DNA from: Octopus vulgaris
Lineage: Eukaryota
DNA: 64,000 bases
Direction of reading: 5' to 3'
NCBI GenBank assembly: GCA_951406725.2
Contig: OX597830.1
Coordinates: forward strand, 78,802,001-78,866,000
The notes below the pieces were generated by a model that worked only from the letters and a program-made list of their open reading frames with translations, was not told the DNA's origin and made no database searches. A program made the position numbers and the translations under genes. Each line of letters opens with the position of its first letter. Positions within the stretch are counted from its first letter, which is position 1. This document shows positions 15,885-28,928 of this stretch, piece after piece.

Positions 15885-15898
15885 CATATATACACAGG

Positions 15899-16215
15899 CA
15901 CAGGCGTGGGGATGTAGTAAGAAGTTTGATTCACAACTAGATGGTTCCGGGTTCAGTCCCATTGGATGGCATCTTGGACAAGTGTCTGCTACCATAGCCT
16001 CGGTCCCGACAAAGCCTCGTGAGCTGATTTCGTAGATGGAACTGAAAGAATCTCGCCGTATATATGTGTGTGGGTGTTTTTGGGTGTATCTTGATTCTGG
16101 TTTGTTTACGTCCTTGTAACTTAGTAGCTGGGCAAAAGGTAGAAGACAGAATAAGTAACAGGTTTGACTAAACGCTTCATGATGATACCCTAGTACGGCC
16201 GCAGTCTAATGAATG
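15899..16215 (+). mobile_element. SINE family B, degenerate
   Basis: GGTTCCGGGTTCAGTCCC...CTTGGACAAGTGTCT...GTAGATGGAACTGAAAGAA. Confidence 0.65.
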
Positions 16216-16223
16216 AAATGAGT

Positions 16224-16294
<71 letters not shown>

Positions 16295-16356
16295 GTAAAA
16301 ACAGTAAGATAACAAAAGAAAGAAATCTCGATATTATGTAAAAAGAGGAATTTATC

Positions 16357-16561
16357 TGTAAATGTAATATGTGACAGTTATTCGGTAGCCAAGATAAAAC
16401 TCTGAGTTTCGGATGCCGAGGTGGAAATCCACACCACCGTATTATAGCGTTTTTCCGATGGCCGGATAACTGAAGAGATGGTGGTGTGGATTTCCACCTC
16501 GGCATCCGAAACTCAGAGTTTTATCTTGGCTACCGAATGATCGTCACATATTACATTTACA
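16357..16561. repeat. Fold-back inverted repeat (~82-bp arms, ~41-nt spacer) of a hammerhead-containing element
   Basis: 16357-16438 is a near-perfect reverse complement of 16480-16561. Confidence 0.9.
16465..16525 (+). ncRNA. Type I hammerhead ribozyme motif
   Basis: GAUAA-CUGAAGA-GAUG...CAUC(C)-GAAAC-UCAGA-GUU-UUAUC. 5-bp stem I; near-palindromic stem III AACUCAGAGUU. Confidence 0.65.
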
Positions 16562-17041
16562 TATATATAGTTTACTGTGGCATTAAGACAAGATCAGCAA
16601 AATATGTGCTCCATCCAGTGAGAGATAAATAACACTTAGTCAATGCTTATTACATGTATGTGTGTGTGTGAGTGAGTGTGTGTGTGTGTCTCTGAGTGTG
16701 TGTGTGTGTGTCTCTGAGTGTGTGTGTGTGTGTGTCTCTCTCTCTCTCTCTCGCTGTGTGTGTGTGTGTGTGTGTACCCTTATCAACAGATAGGGATACA
16801 CATCATAGAAAGACAGAATGGACCAAGCGGAGCAGGAGGATACATATGGACGGAAAGAGTCGCTGAAGAGGTCACAGGTGTGTGACGAAAGATTTCCAGA
16901 CAATGGACATAAGATAAAAATACGAACAGCAATAAACGAGTGAAGACCGAATATATAGTGCATGTGTTAATTTCGGAAAAAAAAAGACCGTCCCAAAATA
17001 TAGAAATATTTCACATTAGAAATTTTGCAACACTAATTCAT

Positions 17042-17093
<52 letters not shown>

Positions 17094-17097
<4 letters not shown>

Positions 17098-17606
17098 GAA
17101 AGTTCTTGCGGTTTTTAACCTTTAAATTCAGATGCACATATCTCGGCTCAAACAAAACTTTATTAATCGAAATAAACACCATCAGAATCAACACACTTTT
17201 GCCAACGCGAAACAAGTTTATTTATGCCAGAAGCGTAAAAATCCTGCGTTCTGGTGGCGATGATGTCGTTGAAGGCGTGTTTGGCATCGTCTTGGGTTTT
17301 GAAGCATTTCTCACGCAGGAAGCTGTCGAGGTGCTTGAAAAAGTGGTAGTCGGTAGGCGAGAGGTCTGGTGAGTATGGCGGATGAGGCAGAGTTTCGTAG
17401 CCCAATTCGTTCAACTTCCGCAGAGTCGGTTGTGCGACGTGCGGTTGAGCGATGTCGTGGAGAAGAATTGGTCCTTTTCTATTGACCAATGCTGGCTGTT
17501 GTTGTCGGAGTTTCTTATGCATTTCATCCATTTGCTAACAGTACTTCTCCGCCGTAATGGTTTCGCCTGGATCCGAAAAGCTGTTATGGATGAGACCGGC
17601 CGCAGA
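17094..17606 (-). pseudogene. Mariner (DD34D) transposase C-terminal half plus residual TIR
   Basis: ORF 17163-17531 ILLHD..PH...LPHPPYSPDLSPTDYHFF...RWQKCVDSDGVYFD. Upstream frame GLIH..PGETITAEKYC has an in-frame stop. TIR-like AAGTTCTTGCGGTTTT near 17100. Confidence 0.9.
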
Positions 17607-17714
17607 CCGGTAAAGCTACTAAGTTGGCTAGCTACGTATGGATTTTGAAAGATAACGAAATACCACATAAAATTAAATGGAAAGAAATTGAGAAATCCAT
17701 ACCTTATGTGAATG

Positions 17715-17892
17715 GATCAAAATAAATGTTGACTGTGTTTGGCTGAAAGGGTTCAAAGCCTGTTCAGATCTAAGATCCCTAACTCTCTATTGGACTCCAG
17801 GTCAGAAATTTTCAGTGGTTTCATGAATATGTATAAATATATTTTGAAGAATTGAAAAATTTCGCTTCTTCCTGACTAACTTGATATCTTTC
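17715..17892 (+). repeat. Unclassified dispersed repeat (second copy ~62555-62720)
   Basis: TTTGGCTGAAAG...CCTGTTCAGATCTAAGATC...CCAGGTCAGAAATTTTCAGTG...TTCCTGACT is shared between the two loci. Confidence 0.75.
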
Positions 17893-18246
17893 CAACCTTA
17901 TTCTCTAAGCTCTTTTACCTTTTTTCTTTTGACTTTTTATTTCTGACATTTTCGTTTCTGCTTTTCGTTTTCCGTTGTTTACTGTCCGTGTTATCTCAAT
18001 GCTTCCTTCTCAATTTTTTCACGTTTCTTCTATTATTCAATTTCCTTAGTTCGTTATGATATGTAGTTTGCGCCTAAAGAATATGTTTGAATTTTCTCAA
18101 CATATATAACTATTAGTAACGTTTTAATACATGTATTGTGTCCTTTAAATAAATAATATTTATCTCTCACCAGGTGGAGTACTTTTTTGCCGAATTTTCA
18201 ATCACGGATCAGTACATTACATATATATGTATAATACTTATATATA

Positions 18247-18292
<46 letters not shown>

Positions 18293-18311
18293 CACACATA
18301 TACACACACAC

Positions 18312-18485
18312 AGTTTTTTCTCTCCTTCTTTCTCTCCTTGTTTTTTTCTGTGTATCTTTCTGTCGAAGAGCGTAGGCTCGACACGTAATAGACTTTTTCT
18401 ATTCCTGAGCGCTATACTAATACATTTGTTTGTTTGTACTCCACCTGCCTTCGTCTTTTGTTTATTTTCGTAAACTTTCCCTTTA
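18312..18485 (+). mobile_element. Hammerhead-like repeat family (same as 8645)
   Basis: CUUU-CUGUCGA-AGAGCGUAGGCUC-GACACGUA at 18355-18392. Confidence 0.6.
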
Positions 18486-19091
18486 TATATATATACACAC
18501 ACATACATAATATAAATGTGTGTGTGAGTGTATTTTATATTTTCTGTTTTTATTTGTATGAAAACAACAATTCGTTGCTTCAAACAGTTTAAAAATCCCA
18601 TTTTTATTTTAATTCACATCATTTCTTCGATAGTAATGTAGACACGTTCCATATATCTCTAAATTATTATTTTAATACTTTCTAACGTGTTCAAAATTGA
18701 AAATCTATTTTTCAATTCTAAAAACAAAACAAAAATGTTCTCCAAATAGTTCAAATATGTTAAATCAACATCAAAATGAAAATAACTCAACATAAACTGT
18801 GAAGAAGTTAAATATAAACGGAATTAGTGTTAAAATAAATAAAAACAGCGAAAGAAAAATCTGAATGTATATACTCAATGATTTTTTAATAAATTTTTAA
18901 AATACATCATTCACCGGTAGTAACATTGAAGAAACAATGGAAAAAGCTTTTTATATTTCGGATTAGAAGATAAAATTCAATATTGCGTGCGTGTTTGTAC
19001 ACATATATACGCATGGAATATATGTATAATATATATTCTATGATTCGTGTATTCTGTATAATTTATATATTATAGTGTGCGAGTGTGTGTC

Positions 19092-19196
<105 letters not shown>

Positions 19197-19554
19197 CTGT
19201 GTGGGTGTGTGCGAGAGAGAGAGAGAGAGAGAGAGATTGTGTGTAAAAGCTTTTTAGAAAAAATTCTCAATATAGTGACAGTTTGTGAAGAATATTTTCT
19301 TATAACAAAATTACTAATTAACAAAAATATAAAAATCTTTCTAACAAGAGAAATTTACGCAGATCTTACGTGCGGAAGTTTTTGTGTAAGCGATTTTTGA
19401 TGTTTTCACAATTTAAAACACGCGTGTTATAAAATCATTTGTATAGAAGTAATTGTCATTAGAAGGGGATTTTCAACATACTTACAAACATACATACATA
19501 CATACATACATACATACATACATACATACATGCATACATACATATATGTATGCG

Positions 19555-19939
19555 TAGTAAGTAGCTTGCTTACCAACCACATGGTTCCGGGTTCAGTCCC
19601 ACTGCGTGGCACCTTGGGCAAATGTCTTCTACTATAGCCTCGGGCCGACCAATGCCTTGTGAGTGGATTTGGTAGACGGAAACTGAAAGAAGCCCGTCGT
19701 ATATCTGTATATGTATATATATATATGTGTGTGTGCGTTTGTGGTCTGTGTTTGTCCACCCCAACATCGTTTGACAACCGATGCTGGTGTGTTTGCTTTC
19801 CCGTAACTTAGCGGTTCGACAAAAGAGACCGATAGAAAAAGTACTAGGCTTACAAAGAATAAGTCCTGGCGTCGATTTGCTCGACTAAAGGCGGTGCTCC
19901 AGCATGGCCGCAGTCAAATGACTGAAACAAGTAAAAGAA
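19555..19939 (+). mobile_element. SINE family B
   Basis: Full body homology to the other B copies. Confidence 0.85.
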
Positions 19940-19964
19940 CATATCTATATATATATATATATAC

Positions 19965-20190
19965 ATCTCTTTACTACCCACAAGGGGCTAAACACAGAGG
20001 GGACAAACAAGAACAGACAAAGGAATTAAGTCGATTACATCGACCTCAGTGCGAAACTGGCACTTTATTTATCGACCCCGAAAGGATGAAAGGCAAAGTC
20101 GACCTCGGCGGAATTTGAACTCAGAACGTAACGACAGACGAAATACCGTTATGCATTTCGCCCGTTATGCATTCCTGCCAGCTCGCCGCC
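19965..20190 (-). mobile_element. SINE family A
   Basis: Reverse complement of 3775-4005. Confidence 0.85.
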
Positions 20191-20213
20191 TCAATATACA
20201 TACTCTCTTTTTC

Positions 20214-20405
20214 TCTTTTACTTGTTTCAGTCATTTGACTGCGGCCATGCTGGAGCACCACCTTTAGTCGAACAAATCGACCCCGGAACTTATTCTTTGT
20301 AAGCCCAGTACTTATTCTATCGGTCTCTTTTGCCGAACCGCTAAGTGACGGGGACGTAAACACACCAGCATCGGTTGTCAAGCAATGCTAGGTAGACAAA
20401 CACAA

Positions 20406-20476
<71 letters not shown>

Positions 20477-20639
20477 CGACAGGCTTCTTTCAGTTTCCGT
20501 CTACCAAATCCACTCACAAGGCATTGGTCGGCCTGGGGCTATAGCAGAAGACATTTGCCCAAGATGCCACGCAGTGGGACTGAACCCGGAACCATGTGGT
20601 TGGTTAGCAAGCTACTTACCACACAGCCACTCCTGCGCC
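20214..20639 (-). mobile_element. SINE family B, full length
   Basis: Reverse complement of the B consensus. Confidence 0.85.
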
Positions 20640-20643
20640 CATT

Positions 20644-20716
<73 letters not shown>

Positions 20717-21268
20717 TCTCGGTGCGAATGGTTTTGTTATACGGTGCCGGGTTTTACAATAAATAATAATAATGGTATTTATATAAGCTTAAAGCTTATA
20801 GCGTTCGTCGTGCAATGACTAAGAAATATAGTGTAATAATGGAGCATGTGTGTGTATGTGTGTGTAAAAAAATTTTTTTGGTGTATGTAGTGTTGCATTA
20901 AATATTGAGTTAAAAACATAATAAATGTACAAACGGTAAACAGAGATAGATGGTCGCCATCTCTTTAGTTATCGGCCAGCGGGTCAATCGCAATTTCGCG
21001 CCAAATACATTTGTGTGCGTGTGTACACACATACTCGTACACTAACACACGCACATTGATATAGTTTCTGAGACACCATTTCGATAAATGATTGTTGAAA
21101 TTTTGCCTCTTTTTACCTTTTTTTCATTTTTTTCCACAATCATTATTGTTATTACTAATGATACAAAAACTATGTCCCCTTCAATTTACACACTCCCATT
21201 TTGCATGGTAACCCACAGAACCACTCCACCGTGTAAAGTGCAGTGTATGTATAGATCTACCAATCGAT

Positions 21269-21327
<59 letters not shown>

Positions 21328-21413
21328 CACACACATACACACACACACACATACATACATACATACATACATACATACATACATACATACATACATACAT
21401 ACATACATACATA

Positions 21414-21573
21414 CTTCTCTTCTTGTTTCTTTGATGTTCCTTTCTGAGGGAGAGCGTAGGCTCGAAACGTTAATGACTTTTTCACATCCCAAGCGTTATA
21501 CTAATACATCTGTTTGTTGTCTACACCACCTGTCTTCGTCTTTTTTGGTTTTGGTTTTTTTTTTGTGAATTCT

Positions 21574-21577
<4 letters not shown>
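21414..21577 (+). mobile_element. Hammerhead-like repeat family (same as 8645)
   Basis: CCUUU-CUGAGGG-AGAGCGUAGGCUC-GAAACGUU at 21439-21476. Confidence 0.6.
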
Positions 21578-21666
<89 letters not shown>

Positions 21667-21827
21667 TGTGTTTATATTTATGTGTGTGTGCGCTGTTTGC
21701 ATTTATGTAAGCATTTTACATGAATACATGCATATATGTGAACACGTTTTCGCATATATTTTTATATATATGTGTGTATGCATGTGTTTATGTATATATG
21801 CATGCATACATACATACATATGCATGC

Positions 21828-21860
<33 letters not shown>

Positions 21861-22289
21861 TGTATGTATGTATGTATGTATGTATGTATGTATGTATGTA
21901 TGTATGTATGTATGTATGTATGTATGTGTATGCGTGTATATATATACAAAAACTCGGAAACTTACCCAAAAGGTCTCAGATTATTGGGCGTGAAATTATT
22001 AAAACATAAGTACACCAATAAATCTATCAAAGCTTAGCTTACCGGACGTAAATAGTTTCGGAAACCCCACAATTTTTTAATACACATACATAGACACATA
22101 TATAAACATGCATATATAGATATATCCATACACACACACACATATATATATATATATATGTATGTGTGTAGGTACATATATATATATATATATATGCATA
22201 CAGAGAGAGAGAGGGGGATATTAATATACATATATATATATACACTCGCACATAAATTTATACATACCTATATATCTATATATACATAT

Positions 22290-22740
22290 ATACAGTTTAT
22301 CCCCATGAAATGTATGCACGCATTGAGCGATTTTTTAAAGTCAGCGTTTATTAAGAAAGATTTCATTTTCAAAATTTAATTGGATTTACAGATAGAATTT
22401 AACTTTTTCATTAACGCTTGATTTCAAACTAATAACTGTTCTGGACCAGGCGCTGATGATTACACGAAGCAATAGAATCGTAGACTTCAAGAAATATTTC
22501 TCCGGTGTTCGTGCGCATTCTCCAATGACTGCCCTCAGTTTGTTGGCTGTTAATGGATTGGTACCTTAAATTCAAAAATGTCTTGGAATGTGAGGTACTT
22601 TGAACGCGGAGATTATTCTATTGGACCTCTTCGCCCAATCTAAAGTATTATCCAGTTACTCCTTTCGATAAACCGCACCATATAGTAGCACCTGGTAAAT
22701 TTACATGAATATGTGGAGTCTCAGATCTCCAGTAAATGCA
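22290..22740 (-). pseudogene. Highly decayed Tc1/mariner-superfamily fragment
   Basis: TACAG-type terminus near 22290; minus-strand remnants such as [14 protein letters not shown]. Confidence 0.35.
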
Positions 22741-22741
22741 A

Positions 22742-22897
22742 TTTTACATTATTTACATTATTTACAATTGACGGATATATGTCCTCATCTTGTTTGTTGT
22801 TAACACAACCTTTCGGCTGATATACTCTCCAGCCTTCATCAGGTGTCTTGGGGAAATTTCGAACCTGGGTTCTCATTCCTAAGGTATTTTTCGATGC

Positions 22898-22965
<68 letters not shown>

Positions 22966-23034
22966 TCACTGCCTGGAATCGAACTCGGAATCTTGGGGTT
23001 AGTAGCCCGTGCACTAAACCACCACGCCATATGC
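22742..23034 (-). mobile_element. SINE-like element: tRNA-derived head + (AAT)n + hammerhead-containing tail
   Basis: Head 22962-23034 has A box TGGCGTGGTGG and B box GAGTTCGATTCC. Ribozyme 22802-22847 reads GACAC-CUGAUGA-A-GGCUG..CAGCC-GAAA-GGUU-GUGUU. Confidence 0.7.
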
Positions 23035-23379
23035 TCTCTCTCTCAAGCTCTTAAAAAAGTCGATATAAATAGATAAAGTTCAAAAGTATTGCACTGGAAG
23101 CTTATCAGGATTAAGAAATATTCCTTGTTATTTTTTTTTCTCTGTTCAAGTTTATCCTATTTATACATACATACATACATACATACATACATACATACAT
23201 ACATACTTCTCTTCTTGAACGTAGGATTATTAGAGGCTTAATAACGGTGCATAAAATAATTTATACCCTAGTTGATATTTCGCTTGAAAATTTATATACG
23301 TTAACTCCCTATCAAGATATTAGCAGTTATTTTTTTCTTTTTAATTATACATATTTCAGTACAAAATTCATAGCTGTAC

Positions 23380-23487
<108 letters not shown>

Positions 23488-23497
23488 TATATATACA

Positions 23498-23670
23498 TAG
23501 GAGAGTTTACGAAAAAAACAAAGGACGAAGACAGGTGGTGTACAAAACAAACAGATGTATTAGTACAACGCTCAGGAATAGAAAAAGTCTTTTACGTTTT
23601 GAGCCTACGCTCTTCCACAGAAAGGGACACAGAAAAAACAAGGAGAGAAACAAGGAGAAAAAAATAGAAG
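23498..23670 (-). mobile_element. Hammerhead-like repeat family (same as 8645)
   Basis: Minus strand CCUUU-CUGUGGA-AGAGCGUAGGCUC-AAAACGUA-AAAG at 23588-23625. Confidence 0.6.
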
Positions 23671-23935
23671 AGATATATGTATGTATCATTTGAAACAGTT
23701 TGATTCGGTTCTCTGCAACTTAAAGTATCGCGGGCCTCTAATAGAAGCACGCCTCTTTCAAAATTCTGAAATCGCATGGAAACAAATAAAGCTATTTCAA
23801 ATAATATATTTTAAATAATAACTCCTACAAAATGTGCTTAGTGTCTTTTTCTGATACATATATATATATATATAAACACAGATACATAGATGTTCATATA
23901 CATACACACACACACACACACACACAGATATATAG

Positions 23936-24152
23936 GGCGGCGAGCTGGCAGAAACGTTAGCACGCCGAGCGAAATGCGTAGCCGCATTTCGTCTGCCGTT
24001 ACGTTCTGAGTTCAAATTCCGCCGAGGTCGACTTTGCCTTCCATACTTTCGGGGTCGATAAATTAAGTACCAGTTGATGTAATCGACTTAATCCGTTTGT
24101 CTGTCCTTGTTTGTCCTCTCTGCGTTTAGCCCCTTGTGAGTAGTAAAGAAAT
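23936..24152 (+). mobile_element. SINE family A
   Basis: Homology to 3775-4005. Confidence 0.85.
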
Positions 24153-24165
24153 ATATGTATATATG

Positions 24166-24245
<80 letters not shown>

Positions 24246-24342
24246 CATCTATGCATCTGTGTTTTCATATATATAAGAAACACACGCACAGGTTCTATTT
24301 CACTTCATATTGTTATACTTAATCACTCTTCTATGCTGTGTT

Positions 24343-24578
24343 TTCTAGCCGGACACTGCATCAGACACACCGATGAAATTGCTAACAAGCTAGTACTCTG
24401 GCAACCAAAGGAAGGGAGAACCAAGGGAGGAAGGAGGAAGACGACTTACATGGACGACTCGATGGAAGATACTGGTATGGAAGGGGTACAGGAGCCGAGG
24501 ACCATTATGGAAGATCGAGATGAATGGAGAAAACGTGTGAAAACAGTCTTGAGGTGTCTTATGCGACGACCTAGATGA
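24343..24578 (+). pseudogene. RTE-type LINE ORF2 C-terminal fragment
   Basis: LAGHCIRH..IANKLVLWQPKEGRTKGGRRKTTYMDD..EDTG...MEDRDEWRKRV, the GH..R / G.R..GR / DR..WR signature of RTE-group LINEs. Confidence 0.75.
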
Positions 24579-24727
24579 GATATTCTTAATCAAACGTTTA
24601 ATTATTTACCCAACTAACCAATTTAATTGTTTGATTAATAGTTTAGTCAGTCAATCAATCAGCTTGATTCGTGAGAGACCTTTCATCGCCATTCACAACA
24701 TTATCTATGACATACTATCAACCAGTT

Positions 24728-25025
24728 GAGGCACATGGCCTAGTGGTTAGAGCAGCGGACTCGCGATCGAGGGATCGCCGGTTCGAATCTCAGACCGGGC
24801 GATGTGTGTGTTTATGAGCGAAACACCTAAGCTCCACGCGGCTCCAGCAGAAGGTAATGGCAAACTTCTGCTGACTCTTTCGCCACAACTTTCTCTCACT
24901 CTCCCCTCCTGCATCTTGCATCTCACCTGCGACGGATCGGCGTCCCGTCCAGGTGGGGATCCTATACGCCAAGGAAACCGGGAAACCGGCCCTAATGAGC
25001 CATGCATTGCTCGAGAAGGAAAAAA
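24728..25025 (+). mobile_element. SINE family C variant with a different 3' tail
   Basis: Same head as 3426; tail ACCTGCGACGGATCGGCGTCCCGTCCAGG...GGAAACCGGGAAACCGGCCC. Confidence 0.75.
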
Positions 25026-25749
25026 CAACAAATACTATCAACCAAGCAATACTGTAGGGTGGTTATTCTTATCTTGAAACAGCATAACACAGTGTTTTTC
25101 AGTATCCATGCTAGCTTGGCTGGTCTTTAGTATATTCGGTTTTGTGTTTAGCTTGTAACATTCTTGGAATGGAATCATGAGTTAAAACAGATTTTCTTGT
25201 ATCTTGGGAAGATCATTATACGAATGACGTAAGGGTACGTCGTCAATGAGATCATGAATGATGAGAAAAGGGCTTTGACGAACATGGCCGATTGATTGAC
25301 TGACCAAATAAATAAACAAGCTGTCAATTAGTTAACCGGTTAAACGAAACGGTTAACTTATTATAATTAAAGAAGCAAACTAGAAGAAGTACATGTGTTT
25401 CTTAATGGTATAATAACCCTCTCAATCATCCTTAAACACTTTGTAAATAATTTCATAACTAATTTCTAACAAGACACCAAACACTCTTCATTATCGGATT
25501 CCGCCATAATGTTATATTCATAGAATAATAAATGCTGTGCTTCAATATTGACGAAAACTATTTTTATAACAGGAAATTAAAGTAACGTATACATATAAAT
25601 CTATACATATGTATGTATGTATATATATATACATATACATATACATATATATACATATATATGTAACTATGTACATATATATACGGATATACACATTTAA
25701 GAATATATATACATATACAGCAATTGTATATTCATTTTACAAACATATA

Positions 25750-27005
25750 TGAGGCGTATGCCAGAAATTTAAAACTTTTCTAAGAGACGCAGTTGTATGT
25801 CCTAAATTATTGTAATTTTAATATTTCAATACTAAGCATCTAATAAGTTGACCCGTCAGATTAAAGGCGATGGCAGTAAACACACCCTACTACTTGTCAC
25901 AGCTGACTAGTTTTGCAGAACCAGTTAATTGATTGATTATGCCATACATTTTGTCTTAAACCGGGCAAAAACGCTACAGTAACTTTAAATATTTCAGACT
26001 GCCTCTGGATCAACTATCTAGTTGACACAATTGATTCAATCACGGTAGAGAAGAGATGAGAGATGTGAGAGGGAGAGGGACGTCAAACATCAGAGTTAGT
26101 TGTAACACTTCGCAATTTTCTGGAAAAAAAAAACCGTCGTGTGTCTATAAGAACAATAAGCATACCGTTTGAAGTTGGTGTGGGGTGGCAACTATACACA
26201 AAATCATTCATGAAGATCTGAAGATGCGCCAAATTTTGTGCAAACTTTGTTTCAAAGGTGCTCAATAAGGAGCATCCTGGTAACCAGCTACTTGACAGAG
26301 ATGGGTATTAAAACTATTGGGTTGTTCGGAAAGTTCGTGTCGAATTTTAAAGGAAAGAAAAAGGTCAATAAATACTTGCCATTACATCTTTAATCAACCA
26401 AATGTGAACCATTTTGTTGCACAATGCGTCTCCATCTTTCCTTTAACTTGAAAATACCCTCTTCCCAAAATTGAGGTGGTTTCATGGCAAAGAATTCATC
26501 TTTTTACATCATCCAAGGAATTGAAATTTTTGCCATTAAGACTATTCTGCAGAGACCTGAATAAGTAGAAATCCAAAGGAGCCATATCTGGTGAATATGG
26601 AGGGTGGGGTAACACATCCCAGCCGAGCTGCAGCAATTTTTGTCTGGTTCCCAAAGCATCAAGTGCCGAAAATGAACTTTCTTATCTTCCATATTAAAGG
26701 GTTACGGAATTAACACAGGTTATAAGAACATAAACATTCTTCCACGAAAAGATAGCTTAAAATGTGCTCTAAATGGAGGGGTAGTCAAATCCTATTTTAT
26801 AGACTCAACCATGTTCTAAAATAAGTCGAAAGGTAAGCTACTATAAACCGGCACGAACTTTCCGGACAACCCAATACATACAGTGCAGACTTTTCTCCTT
26901 GTGACTTTCAGCTGTTCCATAAGCTGAAGGGAATCTACGGGGTAGTCGTTTTGAAGATGGAGGAGGCTGTGACAAGGACCCCGAACACCTTCCCTTTGTA
27001 GGACT
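25750..27005 (+). pseudogene. Decayed mariner (irritans-like) transposon interrupted by a second mariner
   Basis: Remnants GKNAT, RRVSIRTI, HKIIHEDLKM, VTSYLTEMGIKT; after the insertion YSADFSPCDFQLFHKLK. Confidence 0.7.
26317..26874 (-). mobile_element. Internally deleted mariner (mellifera-like) with intact TIRs and TA TSD
   Basis: TIRs TTGGGTTGTTCGGAAAGTTCGTG / CACGAACTTTCCGGACAACCCAA flanked by TA. Remnants MEDKKVHFRHLMLWE and GWDVLPHPPYSPDMAP. Confidence 0.9.
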
Positions 27006-27195
27006 TGAAGGCCACCATGGTAGTCCTACAAAGGGAAGGTGCTCAGGGTCCTTGTCACAGCCTCCTCCATCTTCAAAACGACTACCCTGTAGATTCGCTT
27101 CAGCTTATGGAACAGCTGAAAGTCATAAGGAAAAAGTCTGCACTGTATGTATTGGGTTGTCCGGAAAGTTCGTGCCGGTTTATAGTAGCTTACCT
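26831..27195. repeat. Fold-back inverted duplication, ~175-bp arms, 16-nt spacer
   Basis: 26831-27005 is the reverse complement of 27022-27195 with a few mismatches. Confidence 0.95.
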
Positions 27196-27205
27196 AGTAA
27201 CTCCA

Positions 27206-27303
27206 ATCTCTTTCCAAGGAGGATACTCTGAATTTTGTTATAGTATTTATTGTAGCGCTCCAATACTATAACAAAATTCAGAGTATCCTCCTTGGAAAGA
27301 GAT
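27206..27303. repeat. Perfect 42-bp inverted repeat, 14-nt spacer
   Basis: ATCTCTTTCCAAGGAGGATACTCTGAATTTTGTTATAGTATT and its reverse complement at 27262-27303. Confidence 0.95.
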
Positions 27304-27332
27304 GAGTTTTGTACTTCTATGAAATTTATATA

Positions 27333-27403
<71 letters not shown>

Positions 27404-27559
27404 TACCATATATACGTATTTTATAGAGCAAACTTACACAGATTACATAGACTCAAAGAATTCGAGAGAAGGTATTACAATTCCGACAGTTGTCTCTGAG
27501 GGCTCGGAGTTACTTCATAATGTTGATCAAAAGTTTGCACCACACATAGCTGTTTGTGT

Positions 27560-27608
<49 letters not shown>

Positions 27609-28420
27609 TGTGTGTGTATGTATGTAATGTATGTATGTATGTATGTATGTATGTATGTATGTATGTATGTATGTATGTATGTATGTATGTATACGAGTGT
27701 AAGTGTACAGTATTATATATCCATTAAGACACAACTTACGATCGGTCTCGCATTGAGCATTAAACTGGATGTTAGATGACAACAGGATAAAGTAATACTG
27801 TGTGATCGTCAGAGCTCATCCGGTTTAAAACTCAGTGCGAAAGCGATTTGTAAGATCGGACGTAATGGATATATATATAATACAGCAAACTTTGATTGAT
27901 ACACCCACTCAATGAACAACTATACGAGAGCATATATATTTTCTGATTTATAGATTCTTTGACTGCACACACGCGCGCGCGCATGCGTGTGTATGTGTGT
28001 GTGTATGTATGCATGTATGTATGTATGTACGCTATGAGCTTCTGAACAGTTTCCGACTAACAAATTCGTTCACAAGACATTGGTCAGCTCGAGGACTGAA
28101 CCAGAAGCCCCATGGTTGCAAAGCGAGCTGCTTCACCATGCATCCATTTTCTGTGCCTATAATAAACATTTGCTTAATAATATCCGATTGATGGGTAAAA
28201 CATTCAAATCATTGGTATTTTTTAAGGTACAGTGATCATATTAAATTGTGTTGGCGCCTAAATTTGGGATTAGGGGTACATGCTGGGTAACCGAAAACAA
28301 ATTAGGGTGACGAGCAGATATTTTAAATTGATTTAAACAAAGTTTTGTGAGGACACCAAGTTGGAAAACGTCAAACAACAATGAAAATATGTGTATGTAT
28401 GTGTGTATATATATCTATAT

Positions 28421-28543
<123 letters not shown>

Positions 28544-28587
28544 TATATATATTATAAACCCTATATATGTGTGTATATATATATATG

Positions 28588-28639
<52 letters not shown>

Positions 28640-28812
28640 TATATGTATACATATATACATATATAAATTTATAAATATATGATACATATATATATAGAGA
28701 GAGAGGGAGAGATAAGCACATATATTCATATATATATGGGTGTGTGTGTGTGTGTGTGTATGTATATGTATGTATGTATACACACACACAAACATACACA
28801 CACACACATGTA

Positions 28813-28859
<47 letters not shown>

Positions 28860-28875
28860 TCATATAGATAGATAA

Positions 28876-28928
<53 letters not shown>

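Noticed and set aside
15126-16035. 289-aa and overlapping YI-repeat ORFs (and similar ORFs throughout)
   Set aside because: (TA)n/(TACA)n tracts lack stop codons by composition.
22962-23034. Possible tRNA gene with ACT anticodon
   Set aside because: Acceptor stem does not pair properly and it runs into (AAT)n; treated as a SINE head.
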